From Patescibacteria group bacterium (GTDB taxonomy: Bacteria; Patescibacteriota; Patescibacteriia; JACRDY01): 64,000 nt of DNA. The DNA is taken from assembly GCA_041671565.1 (NCBI GenBank), contig JBAZBH010000001.1, forward strand, positions 71,552-135,551. The letters run 5' to 3'. The notes beneath the pieces were generated by a model. That model ran no database searches, was not told the DNA's origin, and saw nothing but the letters and a program-made list of their open reading frames with translations. Of the stretch, positions 10,061 to 20,218 are shown in pieces. The position numbers and the translations under genes were made by a program. Position 1 is the first letter of the stretch. Each line of letters begins with the position of its first letter.

Positions 10061-11716
10061 TTAATATATCTCCTTACGGTAGCACTCCTCACAATAAACC
10101 TTCTCCGGCCGATCTGGCGCGTAGGTGGTTTTAAACTCGTTAGCGCAACCTTCTTTCATGCATTGGCGATGGTATAGCGTTTTATTCTTATGGGTTTTTA
10201 GCCGCCGCAACATTCGGCAATCCGGGCAACAATCGGGCAAAGGAATATTTTGCTGTTGATAAAATCTGAATTCCGGTTTAATAATTTTATAATTGCGGCT
10301 GCACTCGGCGCAAGCCAAAATCTCTTGGCAAATTTTTTCGTCCAAACCGGCAACCTCATCAGGAATAGTTTTGATCGTTTCTTTTCCCTTAGTTCGGCCG
10401 ATTTCTTCCTGCCATTTGATGCCTTGCTTTAACACTTCCTCTTTGGTCAAGGCAAAATTTTCCAGCGAAGCGCGAGTTTCGTTCAACCCAAACGGCGCCA
10501 AGGCATAAGGGAAAAACTCACCCCACTCGCCCGCCGCTTTCATGGCAGTAATAATTTTGGATTTTAACTGATTATAATCGGCTTCGGCATATTTTTTATT
10601 TAATAGGCAAAAGGTTTGATTTTTTAAGCCAACTGAGCCAAAAATTTCCTTGGAACTAAAAATGCTGTCGCTATACCAAATGTGGCTGCTTTCCCAGACG
10701 ATCGAACAAAAAAAGGTGCCATAAGAGCCGCGGCCGGTAGAAGCGCACTGATAGGCTAATTGCGAAGGCGTGCCGCCATAACCGGTGCAATCATTGGCAT
10801 CTTTCATGTTAGAGCCGTTAATAACAAACCCGCAATCTTCGGCGTCCCAAATATCATAAACCTCATGGCAATTTTTGGTATAACGGACAAAATCACCGGT
10901 CGTTTTAACGGTTTTTAAATTATGGCTATAGGGGAAAATCGCTTCAGCTTTAACTGTCTGGTATTTCTGGCGCAGCTTAACTATTGCCGTTCGGCTGGCA
11001 AGTTGTTTTTTAAACTCCAGAATCTCGGCTTCGGTCGCTTGCCGGTTCCAAAGATAGTTAGTTTGATTGCGCAGATTAGTACAACCAAAACAATTGTGAC
11101 AACCAACACAGTCATAACAAAAATGGCAGTCGGCCGAGTCGCGAGAATATTCTAAATAAGAGCAATTATAACAATTTTCAATGTCAGTGCACTCATAGCA
11201 TAATTCGCTTTTATAACAAAAGGCGGCGTCCAGGCAATCGCGGGAATTATAAACCGACCAGCCATATAAACAATCTTCGCAATCGGTGGAGCCGGAAAAT
11301 TGCAAATAACAATTTTTATTCCGTGAAGTGTGGTGGGTATATTCGCTATTGATGGAATTAGTATTATTAATAGCGAGCCGCGGCACGGCCAAAAGGAGCT
11401 CGCCAAATTGCTCAAAAAATCCCCTTTGGAAATCATAATCGCGGCCAAAATCCAGTCCGTCCCACTTATCGCTAAACCAACATTCGTGGCAATAAACTTT
11501 ATAAGGTTTGTCCGGCGAATAAACCGAGACGATATTTTGTTGGCATAAATCGCATTTCCGCTGATACAAAATATATTCATTGCGCCAAACCGCCCGCTGG
11601 CGCGCTCGGCACGGCGGGCATTCCGTTGGCTCGGGCACGCCAATCCGGCCGTAAAACGCGCGGTCCTCGGGGTAAATGGTGAAGATGGATTGGCAGTTTT
11701 TACATTGCATAAGCAC
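10061..11716 (-). CDS. Cysteine-rich protein, paralog 1 of 4 (zinc-ribbon-like termini, central CxxC clusters); function unknown
   Basis: 551 aa. N-terminus CKNCQS..FYGRIGVPEPTxCPxCR; C-terminus LYHRQCMxxGCANEF.TTYAPDRPEKVYCEECYRKEIY; internal CYNCxxCxNCFGCxNLRN motifs. Confidence 0.6.
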   Translation of the reverse strand: MLMQCKNCQSIFTIYPEDRAFYGRIGVPEPTECPPCRARQRAVWRNEYILYQRKCDLCQQNIVSVYSPDKPYKVYCHECWFSDKWDGLDFGRDYDFQRGFFEQFGELLLAVPRLAINNTNSINSEYTHHTSRNKNCYLQFSGSTDCEDCLYGWSVYNSRDCLDAAFCYKSELCYECTDIENCYNCSYLEYSRDSADCHFCYDCVGCHNCFGCTNLRNQTNYLWNRQATEAEILEFKKQLASRTAIVKLRQKYQTVKAEAIFPYSHNLKTVKTTGDFVRYTKNCHEVYDIWDAEDCGFVINGSNMKDANDCTGYGGTPSQLAYQCASTGRGSYGTFFCSIVWESSHIWYSDSIFSSKEIFGSVGLKNQTFCLLNKKYAEADYNQLKSKIITAMKAAGEWGEFFPYALAPFGLNETRASLENFALTKEEVLKQGIKWQEEIGRTKGKETIKTIPDEVAGLDEKICQEILACAECSRNYKIIKPEFRFYQQQNIPLPDCCPDCRMLRRLKTHKNKTLYHRQCMKEGCANEFKTTYAPDRPEKVYCEECYRKEIY

Positions 11717-11778
11717 AGATACTCACAGATTAACACAGATAGTCACAGATCTGTGCTAATCTGTGTTAATCTGTGTCG
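11717..11778. repeat. CACAGAT-unit hairpin between paralogs 1 and 2
   Basis: cacagatactcacagattaacacagatagtcacagatctgtgctaatctgtgttaatctgtg. Confidence 0.85.
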
Positions 11779-13425
11779 TTAATATATCTCCTTACGGTAG
11801 CACTCCTCGCAATATACCTTCTCCGGCCGATCTGGCGCATAGGTGGTTTCAAACTCGTTTGCGCAGCCGGGTCTCATGCACTGCCGGTGATAAAGCCGGC
11901 GCGGATTGCGCAGTTTGATTCTTTCTAAGTGCCGGCAAAGCGGACATAACCGCGGCAGGGGCAAATTTTGTTTTTGGTAAAAGCTGATTTCCTGCGGTAT
12001 GAGTTTATAATTTTTCTGGCAATTTTGGCAAGCTAAAATTTCTTTGGCTAAACCGGCTGGCGCGTCTTTAATATCGTCCGGGATATTTTCCCATTGGACC
12101 GTTTCTTTGCCAAAAGTGCCAGGTAAATTATCCTGCCACCGCCAGCCTTTTGCCAGCACTTCTTTGCGAGTTAAAGGATAATATTCTTGCGCCACGGTCT
12201 CGTTGTAAGCATAAGGCGACATGGCAACCGGGAAAAACTCACCATATTCGCCATCAGCTTTCATCTTAGCGATAACTTTTGGCAAAAGTTTTTTGTATTC
12301 TTCTTCGCTGTATTGCTTATTCAAAATGCAAAATTTCTGACCCCGCAAACCCGAACAGGCAAATAAATCTTGCGAGGTGAAACATTGGAAGCAATATTGA
12401 ATAAAAGAATTTTCCCAGCTAAAAATATTAAACATGCAATGCGCTGAAGTATCAGCGCTCAGCACTTCATACAGCCAACTGGCCGGCCAACCGCTATTAT
12501 CGCAATCATAAGAATCAGTCACTTTTTCACCGCGATAAAAATACTTGCAATTTGTCGCTTCTTTTAAATCGGAACAATTCTTTACATCGTGGCAATAGGT
12601 CAAATAATCGCCAGTAGAATTTTCACATTTTACCTGTATGGCATGAGCCTGGATATTTTTCTTTTTAAAATCAAAAAAATCATCTTTGGCTTTCTGATAA
12701 AAAGAATATTTGCCTAATTCTTGAAGGCGATTTTTAAAATCTGCTTCGCTAATTGGCTCATTAAACCAATGATATTTGGCATTACGCAAATTCACGCAAC
12801 CAAAACAATTGCTACAGCCACGGCAGTTATAACAAAAATAAGTTTCTAGGCAGTCATGACAATTCTGGCAGTAAACACCGTTATAACAGTTTTCACAGTT
12901 AATCAAATAATAAGAAAGCTCGCATTTATGGGCATAATGCGAATCTAAAATATTACTACAATGAATATTAACGGTGCCATAATGGCTTTCTTCGCACCAG
13001 CCGCTACCCACTTCATAATAACAATTTAAATCGCTTTCCTGAAGATTGCCATAATGAGAGTTAACACAATTACGGTTAAAGAGCGCCGGACGCGGCATAG
13101 CTAAAAATAAATCGTGAATTTGTTCCATCATTGGCCGTTGCCAATCAATTTCCCGGCCATAACTAAAAGGATCCCAAGCATCGCCCCACCACTCCGCCTG
13201 TTCATAAACTGGAAACTTCTTGTCCGGCGAATAAACCGACAAAATAGTTTTACCGCTCAGATCAGACTTTCCCTGATAAAAAGTCCTTTCATTGCGCCAG
13301 GCTAACCGCCGTTGGTTGCGGCAAAGCGGACAAAAGGTTGGTTCGGGCACGCCAATCCGGCCGTAGAATGCGCGGTCCTCGGGGTAGATGGTGAAGGCGG
13401 ATTGGCAGTTTTTACAAGCGGGCAT
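11779..13425 (-). CDS. Cysteine-rich protein, paralog 2 of 4
   Basis: 548 aa; same N- and C-terminal zinc-ribbon motifs and CYNCRGCSNCFGCVNLRN. Confidence 0.6.
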   Translation of the reverse strand: MPACKNCQSAFTIYPEDRAFYGRIGVPEPTFCPLCRNQRRLAWRNERTFYQGKSDLSGKTILSVYSPDKKFPVYEQAEWWGDAWDPFSYGREIDWQRPMMEQIHDLFLAMPRPALFNRNCVNSHYGNLQESDLNCYYEVGSGWCEESHYGTVNIHCSNILDSHYAHKCELSYYLINCENCYNGVYCQNCHDCLETYFCYNCRGCSNCFGCVNLRNAKYHWFNEPISEADFKNRLQELGKYSFYQKAKDDFFDFKKKNIQAHAIQVKCENSTGDYLTYCHDVKNCSDLKEATNCKYFYRGEKVTDSYDCDNSGWPASWLYEVLSADTSAHCMFNIFSWENSFIQYCFQCFTSQDLFACSGLRGQKFCILNKQYSEEEYKKLLPKVIAKMKADGEYGEFFPVAMSPYAYNETVAQEYYPLTRKEVLAKGWRWQDNLPGTFGKETVQWENIPDDIKDAPAGLAKEILACQNCQKNYKLIPQEISFYQKQNLPLPRLCPLCRHLERIKLRNPRRLYHRQCMRPGCANEFETTYAPDRPEKVYCEECYRKEIY

Positions 13426-13431
13426 AACAAT

Positions 13432-13525
13432 AGTATTCAGGGGTCAGTATTCGGTATTCAGGGGACTATATCCACAAACACCAAATACGGACCCCTGAAT
13501 ACTGAATACTGTTCCCTGAATACTT
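13432..13525. repeat. Intergenic palindromic repeat, family C (agtattcaggg... / ...ccctgaatact)
   Basis: Related copies at 45885-45980 and 62032-62128. Confidence 0.7.
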
Positions 13526-13527
13526 AT

Positions 13528-14037
13528 TTACAATAACTGCTCTGCCTGCTTCAACGCCCCGGGCAAGAGCGGCAAGAGGATTTTTACGCCGAGAAGGAGC
13601 CAGGGCGCCACGGCCGAAGTGGCCATTTGCGCGGTCAGCCAAGCGCTGACCGGATATTGGGAGAGAAAATAAACCGTTAAACTAACGACGCACAAACCTT
13701 CTAATAGGCCAAAGACTAGGCCCACCAGCCGATTGATGGTTTTGAGAAAAGGGATAATACTGATAATTTCAAAAATACGGTTAACCAAATAAAACAGCAA
13801 GCCGACCAAGCGGCTGACGATAATTAGAATCAAGAAAAATGAAATTAATCGGCCCCAGTTGCCATCCCCCCAAAGGAAACTGCCCCAACCCGCCGCCAGC
13901 TGATAATAATGGCCGGCAACAAAAGCGCCGAGGAGCACGCCGAGGAGTGTGCCAAGCGCTTGAATAAAGCCGGAAATCAGGCCGAGAAGCGCGAACAGGC
14001 CGAGGATGATAAGCAAAGCCAGGTCGAAAGTGAGCAT
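13528..14037 (-). CDS. cvpA: CvpA family membrane protein
   Basis: 169-aa polytopic membrane protein; N-terminus MLTFDLALLIILGLFALLG typical of CvpA. Confidence 0.6.
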   Translation of the reverse strand: MLTFDLALLIILGLFALLGLISGFIQALGTLLGVLLGAFVAGHYYQLAAGWGSFLWGDGNWGRLISFFLILIIVSRLVGLLFYLVNRIFEIISIIPFLKTINRLVGLVFGLLEGLCVVSLTVYFLSQYPVSAWLTAQMATSAVAPWLLLGVKILLPLLPGALKQAEQLL

Positions 14038-14194
14038 AAATTATAAAATAATTTTTAATTTCTAATTTAAAATTTTTAATGAATTCTTAATTTCTAATTT
14101 TAAATTGTCGGCTAACCTAGGCTTTGGGTTTAAAAATTAAGAATTAAGCCTTAAAAATTAATTAAAAATTAGAAATTTTAAATTAAAAATTCCC

Positions 14195-15712
14195 CTATTG
14201 TTTCCTTGGAAACAGCGTCTCCGGCTTTTTAACTTTGGAAAAATCTTTCAGCCGACCCCATTTTTTTAGTTTACTAAAGTCCTCGCCTTTTTCCGTGGTA
14301 AATACACCGAGCGCCGTCAAAATCTTCTCGGCCGTTTCCGGCAAAAGCGGCAAAAGAAGCCAACCGACTTGGCGGATAATTTCAGCCAAAACATACAAAA
14401 CTTCGCCGAGCTTCTGCGGATCGCTCTTAGCCAATTCCCACGGCTTATTCTCTTCAATATAACTGTCGCACCAAGCGAGCAGACGCCAAATCTCGCTCAA
14501 GGCGCGGTCAAACTGCAATTCCCCCATCGCTTTATCATAATTCTGCCACACCTCTTTCACTAATTTTTCTGCGTTTTTATGTTTTAATGTTTTAATGTTT
14601 TCATGGTATTTCTCCACCAGCGTCAGCACCCGCGCCACCACATTGCCGAGGCCATTAGCGAGAAAGGCGTTATAACGGTCTTTAAATTTGGCAACTGAAA
14701 CATCGCCGTCGGAGCCGAAAGCGATTTCCGAAAGCAGGAAAAACTTCGCCGCGTCGGCGCCATAAAGCGCCACCATCTCCACCGGATCAATCACATTGCC
14801 GAGCGTTTTGGACATTTTCTGGCCGTCGATCGTAAAAAATCCATGGGCAAACACTGTTTTGGGGAGCGGCAAATCCAGGGCAATCAGCATACCCAGCCAA
14901 ATCACGGTGTGAAACTTCAAAATGTCTTTCGCCATCAGTTGGACATCGGCCGGCCAAAACTTTTTGAAATTCTCGCCGTCCGGATAACCCAGCGCCGAAA
15001 GGTAATTGGGCAGGGCGTCAAACCAAACCCAAGCGACTTCTTTCTCCGCAAACGGCAGGCTGACACCCCAAGCCAGATTGCGACTCATCGCCACATCTTT
15101 CAACCCTTGTTTAATCAGCCCCAGAACTTCATTTTTTCTCGCTTCCGGAGCGATCACCACTTCGCCTTTTTTGATTCGCTTCTCAATCTCGGCGCCAAAG
15201 TCGGACAAGCGAAAAAACCAATTTTTTTCTTTAACCAATTGCGGCGCGGTGCCATGGTCCGGGCATTTGCCGTCCACCAGGTCGCTTTCGGTTTTATAGC
15301 TTTCACAGCCCACGCAGTATAGCCCTTCGTACTCGCCGCGGTAAATCGCCGGATTAAACTTTGGCGTTTTGCCTTCGTAAAGCTGATTCAAAAAAATCCG
15401 CACGCTGTCATAATGCCGTTTTTCGGTCGTGCGGATAAAATCGTTATTAGAGATATTCAGGCTATCCCAAGCGAGTTGAAACTGGGCCGCCTTTTGGTCG
15501 GCAAACGCCTGCGGCGACAAACCGGCTTTCTCGGCCGCCTGCGCCACTTTGGTGCCATGCTCATCGGTGCCGGTCAAAAAGAAAACCTCTTCACCCCGTA
15601 ACCGGTGGTAGCGCGCCAAAACATCCGCCGCGATTGTGGTATAAGCGTGGCCGATGTGGGGCTTGTCATTGACATAATATATCGGAGTGGTGATGTAGAA
15701 TTTCTTGTTCAT
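14195..15712 (-). CDS. metG: Methionine--tRNA ligase
   Basis: HIGH motif (PHIGHAYT) and KMSKS (KMSKT); 505 aa. Confidence 0.9.
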   Translation of the reverse strand: MNKKFYITTPIYYVNDKPHIGHAYTTIAADVLARYHRLRGEEVFFLTGTDEHGTKVAQAAEKAGLSPQAFADQKAAQFQLAWDSLNISNNDFIRTTEKRHYDSVRIFLNQLYEGKTPKFNPAIYRGEYEGLYCVGCESYKTESDLVDGKCPDHGTAPQLVKEKNWFFRLSDFGAEIEKRIKKGEVVIAPEARKNEVLGLIKQGLKDVAMSRNLAWGVSLPFAEKEVAWVWFDALPNYLSALGYPDGENFKKFWPADVQLMAKDILKFHTVIWLGMLIALDLPLPKTVFAHGFFTIDGQKMSKTLGNVIDPVEMVALYGADAAKFFLLSEIAFGSDGDVSVAKFKDRYNAFLANGLGNVVARVLTLVEKYHENIKTLKHKNAEKLVKEVWQNYDKAMGELQFDRALSEIWRLLAWCDSYIEENKPWELAKSDPQKLGEVLYVLAEIIRQVGWLLLPLLPETAEKILTALGVFTTEKGEDFSKLKKWGRLKDFSKVKKPETLFPRKQ

Positions 15713-15740
15713 AAAAATTTAAAACCACAAGACTAATTAG

Positions 15741-15862
15741 AATGCCCAAATCCCAATGACCAATCAATGTCCAATTTTCAAATCCCAATCAAGTTCAAAA
15801 GTTAAAAGTTTAAAACCCGAACCAGGGAGTTATTGGTCATTGGGGCTTGGATATTGGTCATT
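15741..15862. repeat. Intergenic repeat, family D (aaatcccaatgaccaat...attggtcattgg), about 120 bp
   Basis: Near-identical copy at 51487-51608; degenerate relatives at about 31830-31960 and 35155-35250. Confidence 0.8.
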
Positions 15863-15872
15863 CTAGCAATAA

Positions 15873-17681
15873 TTACTGGTTTAAAACATCCTGTAGATTA
15901 ATCGAAGTCCCGCCACTCGCCGGCTTTGGCGGAGTTGTGGGTCGAGGTTTTTCTTGGTTCGGCCGAACGGCGCCGGCTGGCGTGCGGTTAGAACGAAAAC
16001 CCGACCGCGGTTCGGTGGGCGCGCTTTTTGGAGCTTCAACTTTAACGGTAGTTGGCTTTATCTCGCTGCTTACTGGCGTGACAGAAACGGCTGGCGCCGC
16101 CGACTGATTAGCCGGGTTAGCGAGTGGCAAAACTTTGCCGGCTGTTATATCTCTCAAGCATTTTTTACAATAAACACCCGGCTTCCGCGGCGTGAATGAT
16201 AGGTAGGTAATTTTACCGCAACCGTCGCAAATCCAAGGGATATTGCGGTCCGGCATGGCGCGATCGGCGATTTCCGCCTTGACCATTTTGCCTTTAAACT
16301 CAATTTCCCCCATTTCAACTTTTTTGGCCGCTGGCGCTTCGGCTTCTCCGTCATCGCTATTGCCAGGGCCTTCGCCGGTATCACCCATGCTCCAGCGCAT
16401 GATTTTGTCTTCCACTTCTTCGCGCGGCCGGCCATACCGTTCGCGGGAAACCCGGATCACTTTCTCGGAAACATTGTCTTCCTCGGGTTCAAACAGCGGC
16501 GGCAGGGTATTGGCGGAAAAAGCCTCGGACGCCACGCCGTTGATCATTAATTTCAAATAAATTTCATGCTTGGTCAGGTTAACCAAATCCTCGGCGGTAA
16601 ACCGCGGGGCAAAATCCGGCGCCAAAGTCGAGGCATCGGTCGCGCCCACGCGAAACGACATCATCGTGCCCACATTGCCAAAAACCGCCGCTTTCACTTC
16701 CGGACTCAGCTGATCGACATATTGATGGGCAATAATCAAACACAAGCGATATTTTCTCGCTTCGGACAAAATGCCGGCAAAACTCTCAGTCGCAAAATTT
16801 TGAAATTCGTCAACATAGAGAAAAAAATCTCGGCGTTCTTCTTCCTGGATATTAACGCGCGTCATCGCCGCCAGCTGAATCTGGGTAATCATCATTGAAC
16901 CGAGCAGTTGCGCCGTGTCTTCGCCGATCCGGCCTTTGGACAAATTCATGACAATTATCTTGCCTTCGTCCATCGCTTGCCGAACATCAAAAGAAGACTT
17001 AACCTGGCCAACGATATTGCGGATCAAATAATTGGACAAAAATTGGCCGACTTTGTTTTGGATTGGGGCAATCGCTTCTTGGGCAAATTTTTCGGTGTAG
17101 CGGGAAAATTCATCCACCCAAAACGACCGCACCACCGGATCCTCCACATTGGCAATAATCTTTTTGCGGTAAGCCTTGTCCACTAAAATCCGCATCACAC
17201 CGAGTAGCGTGGTGCCGCTGTTGTCAATCAACGCCAAAATCGCGTTCCGCAAAAGGTATTCGAGCCGCGGGCCCCAAGAATCGGCAAACAATTTTTTGAA
17301 AATCGCCACCAAACCGGATGCCACCACATGCCGTTGGTTGCGGTCGCGGATTTCCAAGATATTGAAAGCTACCGGAAAGTCAATGTCGGACGGATTAAAA
17401 TAGATAACATCGTTGATCCGGCTGGGCGGCACAAACTCCAAAATCTTTTCGGCGCTGTCGCCGTGCGGGTCAATAAACGCCAGGCCATGGCCATTCTTAA
17501 TATCCTGAATAATCATGTTTTCGAGGAGCGTCGTTTTGCCCATACCGGTCTTGCCGATAATATACATGTGCCGCCGCCGGTCATCCAGGCGAATGCCAAA
17601 ACGCCTTTCGTTATCGCGAAAGTTAGTCTTGGCAAAAAAATTTATTTCATTGGGATCTTGCATATTAGCTATATATAACAA
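15873..17681 (-). CDS. HerA/FtsK/TraD-VirD4-like P-loop ATPase (DUF87-type) with a C-terminal YacG-like zinc ribbon and a Pro/Thr/Ala-rich tail
   Basis: Walker A IIGKTGMGKTT; Walker B FLYVDEFQNF; C-terminal CDGCGKITYLSFTPRKPGVYCKKC. Confidence 0.65.
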   Translation of the reverse strand: MLYIANMQDPNEINFFAKTNFRDNERRFGIRLDDRRRHMYIIGKTGMGKTTLLENMIIQDIKNGHGLAFIDPHGDSAEKILEFVPPSRINDVIYFNPSDIDFPVAFNILEIRDRNQRHVVASGLVAIFKKLFADSWGPRLEYLLRNAILALIDNSGTTLLGVMRILVDKAYRKKIIANVEDPVVRSFWVDEFSRYTEKFAQEAIAPIQNKVGQFLSNYLIRNIVGQVKSSFDVRQAMDEGKIIVMNLSKGRIGEDTAQLLGSMMITQIQLAAMTRVNIQEEERRDFFLYVDEFQNFATESFAGILSEARKYRLCLIIAHQYVDQLSPEVKAAVFGNVGTMMSFRVGATDASTLAPDFAPRFTAEDLVNLTKHEIYLKLMINGVASEAFSANTLPPLFEPEEDNVSEKVIRVSRERYGRPREEVEDKIMRWSMGDTGEGPGNSDDGEAEAPAAKKVEMGEIEFKGKMVKAEIADRAMPDRNIPWICDGCGKITYLSFTPRKPGVYCKKCLRDITAGKVLPLANPANQSAAPAVSVTPVSSEIKPTTVKVEAPKSAPTEPRSGFRSNRTPAGAVRPNQEKPRPTTPPKPASGGTSINLQDVLNQ

Positions 17682-17685
17682 TCAA

Positions 17686-18087
17686 CTATGAGATGAATTG
17701 AATACCACATCCTATATTTTCTCCTCTCTTATGATGGCACTGCTCTTTTCCATCATTATCACCTTTGTAATCGTCACAATATCCTTGCTCAGCGCTTTTA
17801 TTTGAATAGACGCAAACATAATTTATACATTCATCATCATAGACACATTTCTTATTAGCATCTTTGGCTTTTATTTCACAAGTTTGAGCAAAAGAATGTG
17901 CAAATATTTTCCCTCCTCCTTTTATACATTTTTCACAATTAATTTGTCGGCCATTCCCATCAAAACAAAATCCCGCCTCTCTTGAATTGTCATCAACCAA
18001 TAAATTATTTTTATTGTTTAGAAAAAGAACCACGATTAAAATTATAATAACTAAGATAATTAACCCCACAATTAATATTTTCTTCAT
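17686..18087 (-). CDS. Small N-terminally anchored cysteine-rich protein (hypothetical) in a low-GC patch
   Basis: TM helix then about 12 Cys; locally AT-rich DNA. Confidence 0.45.
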   Translation of the reverse strand: MKKILIVGLIILVIIILIVVLFLNNKNNLLVDDNSREAGFCFDGNGRQINCEKCIKGGGKIFAHSFAQTCEIKAKDANKKCVYDDECINYVCVYSNKSAEQGYCDDYKGDNDGKEQCHHKRGENIGCGIQFIS

Positions 18088-18119
18088 ATATTAACTACCT
18101 AAATTTAACTAATTAGCGA

Positions 18120-19577
18120 CTAGCCGACCGGCAAATCAGCCGGCGGGCCTTTTTCTTCTTCCTGAGAAATTTCTTCCGGCTGGACCGACTGGTCGCCTTT
18201 TTTGTCTTCCCGACCGCCGAGTACCGCCGTCCACGCTTCACCCGGCGCCACCGGCAAATAAAACGGCGCTTCGGCTTTGACCGCTTCGGATTTTTTGATC
18301 ATCAAGGTCCGGGTATTCCCCAGCGGAAAATGCCAGAGCGAGGCCAGTTCGCCGATATTCAAGATAAAACCGGTACCAAACTCGCTGCCCTTTCTGGTGC
18401 TCCGCACACGGTATTTCTGCAGAATATTATTCTTGCGATAATGATCCACGCGATACTGGGGGAAATAGTATAAATGAGAGGTTGAAACTTTGGTGTACTT
18501 ACTCTGGATCAAACCATTGGCGTAAAGATTGGTGTATTGATGGAGCGCGCCCAAGAAACCCTCTTTGACTTTATTTTTATTAAAAATTTCTTTGCGGGCG
18601 ATATAAACCGCGCGCATGGTGACGCGAAAACCGAGTTTACCCACTTTATCCAAAATACTTTCAATCGCGGCGGATTCTTTGGCAGTCAGATTGGAACCGA
18701 CGGTTTTTTCTCCCGGCTTCACCGGCTCGGGCCGAGCGAGAAAAGTATAAATAATCTCATCGGTAATATAACTGATAAAGCCCAAAATACTGCCGGTTAG
18801 TGAGGAGTAATCGTCGCTACCGGTCAGGCCGGTCGCGTGTTTGACAAACGCCACACCTTTTTTCTGCCATTTGTTTTCTAAGGGCGTAACAATTATCTGC
18901 CACCAAAATTCTTCGCCGGCTTTAATTTTCGCTAGATTTTCCAAAATACTGTTTAAGGGATCAGAATCAATCTCTTTCAGATTTTCCCAAGTTTTGATCG
19001 GAAAAAAATCTTTTTTACTGAGATTAAAAGAAGTGCCCCAGATATCGTAACCATTATCATTATCCGGCCAGCGTAAATCTTTATATTTTTCCGTATAATC
19101 AGGCACTTCGGCGATTTCGGCGTCCGGATATTGGGCGTAGATGGCCGCCTCCACCAAGTCGCGATACGGCCGCGGCGCCCGTATCAAGTATTCCAAATAA
19201 CCTTCACGGGAAATCAGCTCAAAACTGAATTCCGGCTGGATCTTGCCGACAAAAAACCGCTCAATCCAGTCAATTTTTTTCCAAGCGCCGGATAAAGAAG
19301 TAAAAATATATTCCACGGCTTGCGGCGGCTTGGCCGCGGCGCCCGCTCCCGCCTTCGCCGCCAAATTTAACCGCGGCAAACTCAAAGACAAAACCACCCA
19401 TTCCCACCGCTTGCGGTATTTGATCCGCCGACTGGCAATCCATTCTTCAATCATGTACCAAATCATCGGCAAGACAAAAAGCAGCCAACCGCCATGCGCC
19501 AAAAAATACCAGGTAAAAGCCCAGACGCTAGTTGTTGGCACTTGGCCAAAGTCAATCACGATATTCATAATTACCAA
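18120..19577 (-). CDS. Membrane-anchored hypothetical protein (485 aa) adjacent to the ATPase
   Basis: N-terminal TM segments; no recognisable domain. Confidence 0.5.
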   Translation of the reverse strand: MVIMNIVIDFGQVPTTSVWAFTWYFLAHGGWLLFVLPMIWYMIEEWIASRRIKYRKRWEWVVLSLSLPRLNLAAKAGAGAAAKPPQAVEYIFTSLSGAWKKIDWIERFFVGKIQPEFSFELISREGYLEYLIRAPRPYRDLVEAAIYAQYPDAEIAEVPDYTEKYKDLRWPDNDNGYDIWGTSFNLSKKDFFPIKTWENLKEIDSDPLNSILENLAKIKAGEEFWWQIIVTPLENKWQKKGVAFVKHATGLTGSDDYSSLTGSILGFISYITDEIIYTFLARPEPVKPGEKTVGSNLTAKESAAIESILDKVGKLGFRVTMRAVYIARKEIFNKNKVKEGFLGALHQYTNLYANGLIQSKYTKVSTSHLYYFPQYRVDHYRKNNILQKYRVRSTRKGSEFGTGFILNIGELASLWHFPLGNTRTLMIKKSEAVKAEAPFYLPVAPGEAWTAVLGGREDKKGDQSVQPEEISQEEEKGPPADLPVG

Positions 19578-19585
19578 AAAATAAA

Positions 19586-20218
19586 TTACTGGCCGCTCTC
19601 TTCTTTGTCAGCCCGGCCGGAATATAGACTCTCTTGTCTGCCGGTTAATGTCGTCTGAAAATATTTATAGACTTTATAGGGCTCACTAATGTGCAAGAGT
19701 TTGTCATAAGCGGTTCGCGTCCGACTTTGATGATTGCCGCTATTACTGGTTTCGATCTTGCCAGTATCAATATTTATTGTTCCGATTGAAAATATTTTAT
19801 CAATTAATCCTACATTTACATTCGCCGTCTTGACTTCCGTAAAATAAATAGAGTTAAAGTCAGTGCCAATTAAACCAGACTTGATCAGCACTCTTTTATT
19901 GGTAATAGTATAAACCTTTACATAATTAGAGAAAAAACCAACCAAAGAAAGTAGCAGTCCAACAACTAGAATAATCAAACCAACCGTGGCTCCGGCAATA
20001 CTTCTCGGAGTATTATTTAAATTATAACTGATAATTTCTTGCGCAAAAGCAAAAAATGATAATCCGACCACAATCAACAAAGATACTGCCAGCTGAAAAA
20101 TCATAACTTTCCGACTAATCACATCTTGCCAAACTATTTTTTCTTGCGACTCTAAGACCGCTTTTATTTCTTCTGTTTTCATAAATTTATAATTTATTAA
20201 TAACCAGAAATAACACAA
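19586..20218 (-). CDS. Bacterial PH-domain (YdbS/YdbT-like, bPH_2) membrane protein
   Basis: Two TM helices then TITNKRVLIKSGLIGTDFNSIYFTEVKTANV. Start may be the internal MKTEEIK (20182). Confidence 0.55.
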   Translation of the reverse strand: MCYFWLLINYKFMKTEEIKAVLESQEKIVWQDVISRKVMIFQLAVSLLIVVGLSFFAFAQEIISYNLNNTPRSIAGATVGLIILVVGLLLSLVGFFSNYVKVYTITNKRVLIKSGLIGTDFNSIYFTEVKTANVNVGLIDKIFSIGTINIDTGKIETSNSGNHQSRTRTAYDKLLHISEPYKVYKYFQTTLTGRQESLYSGRADKEESGQ

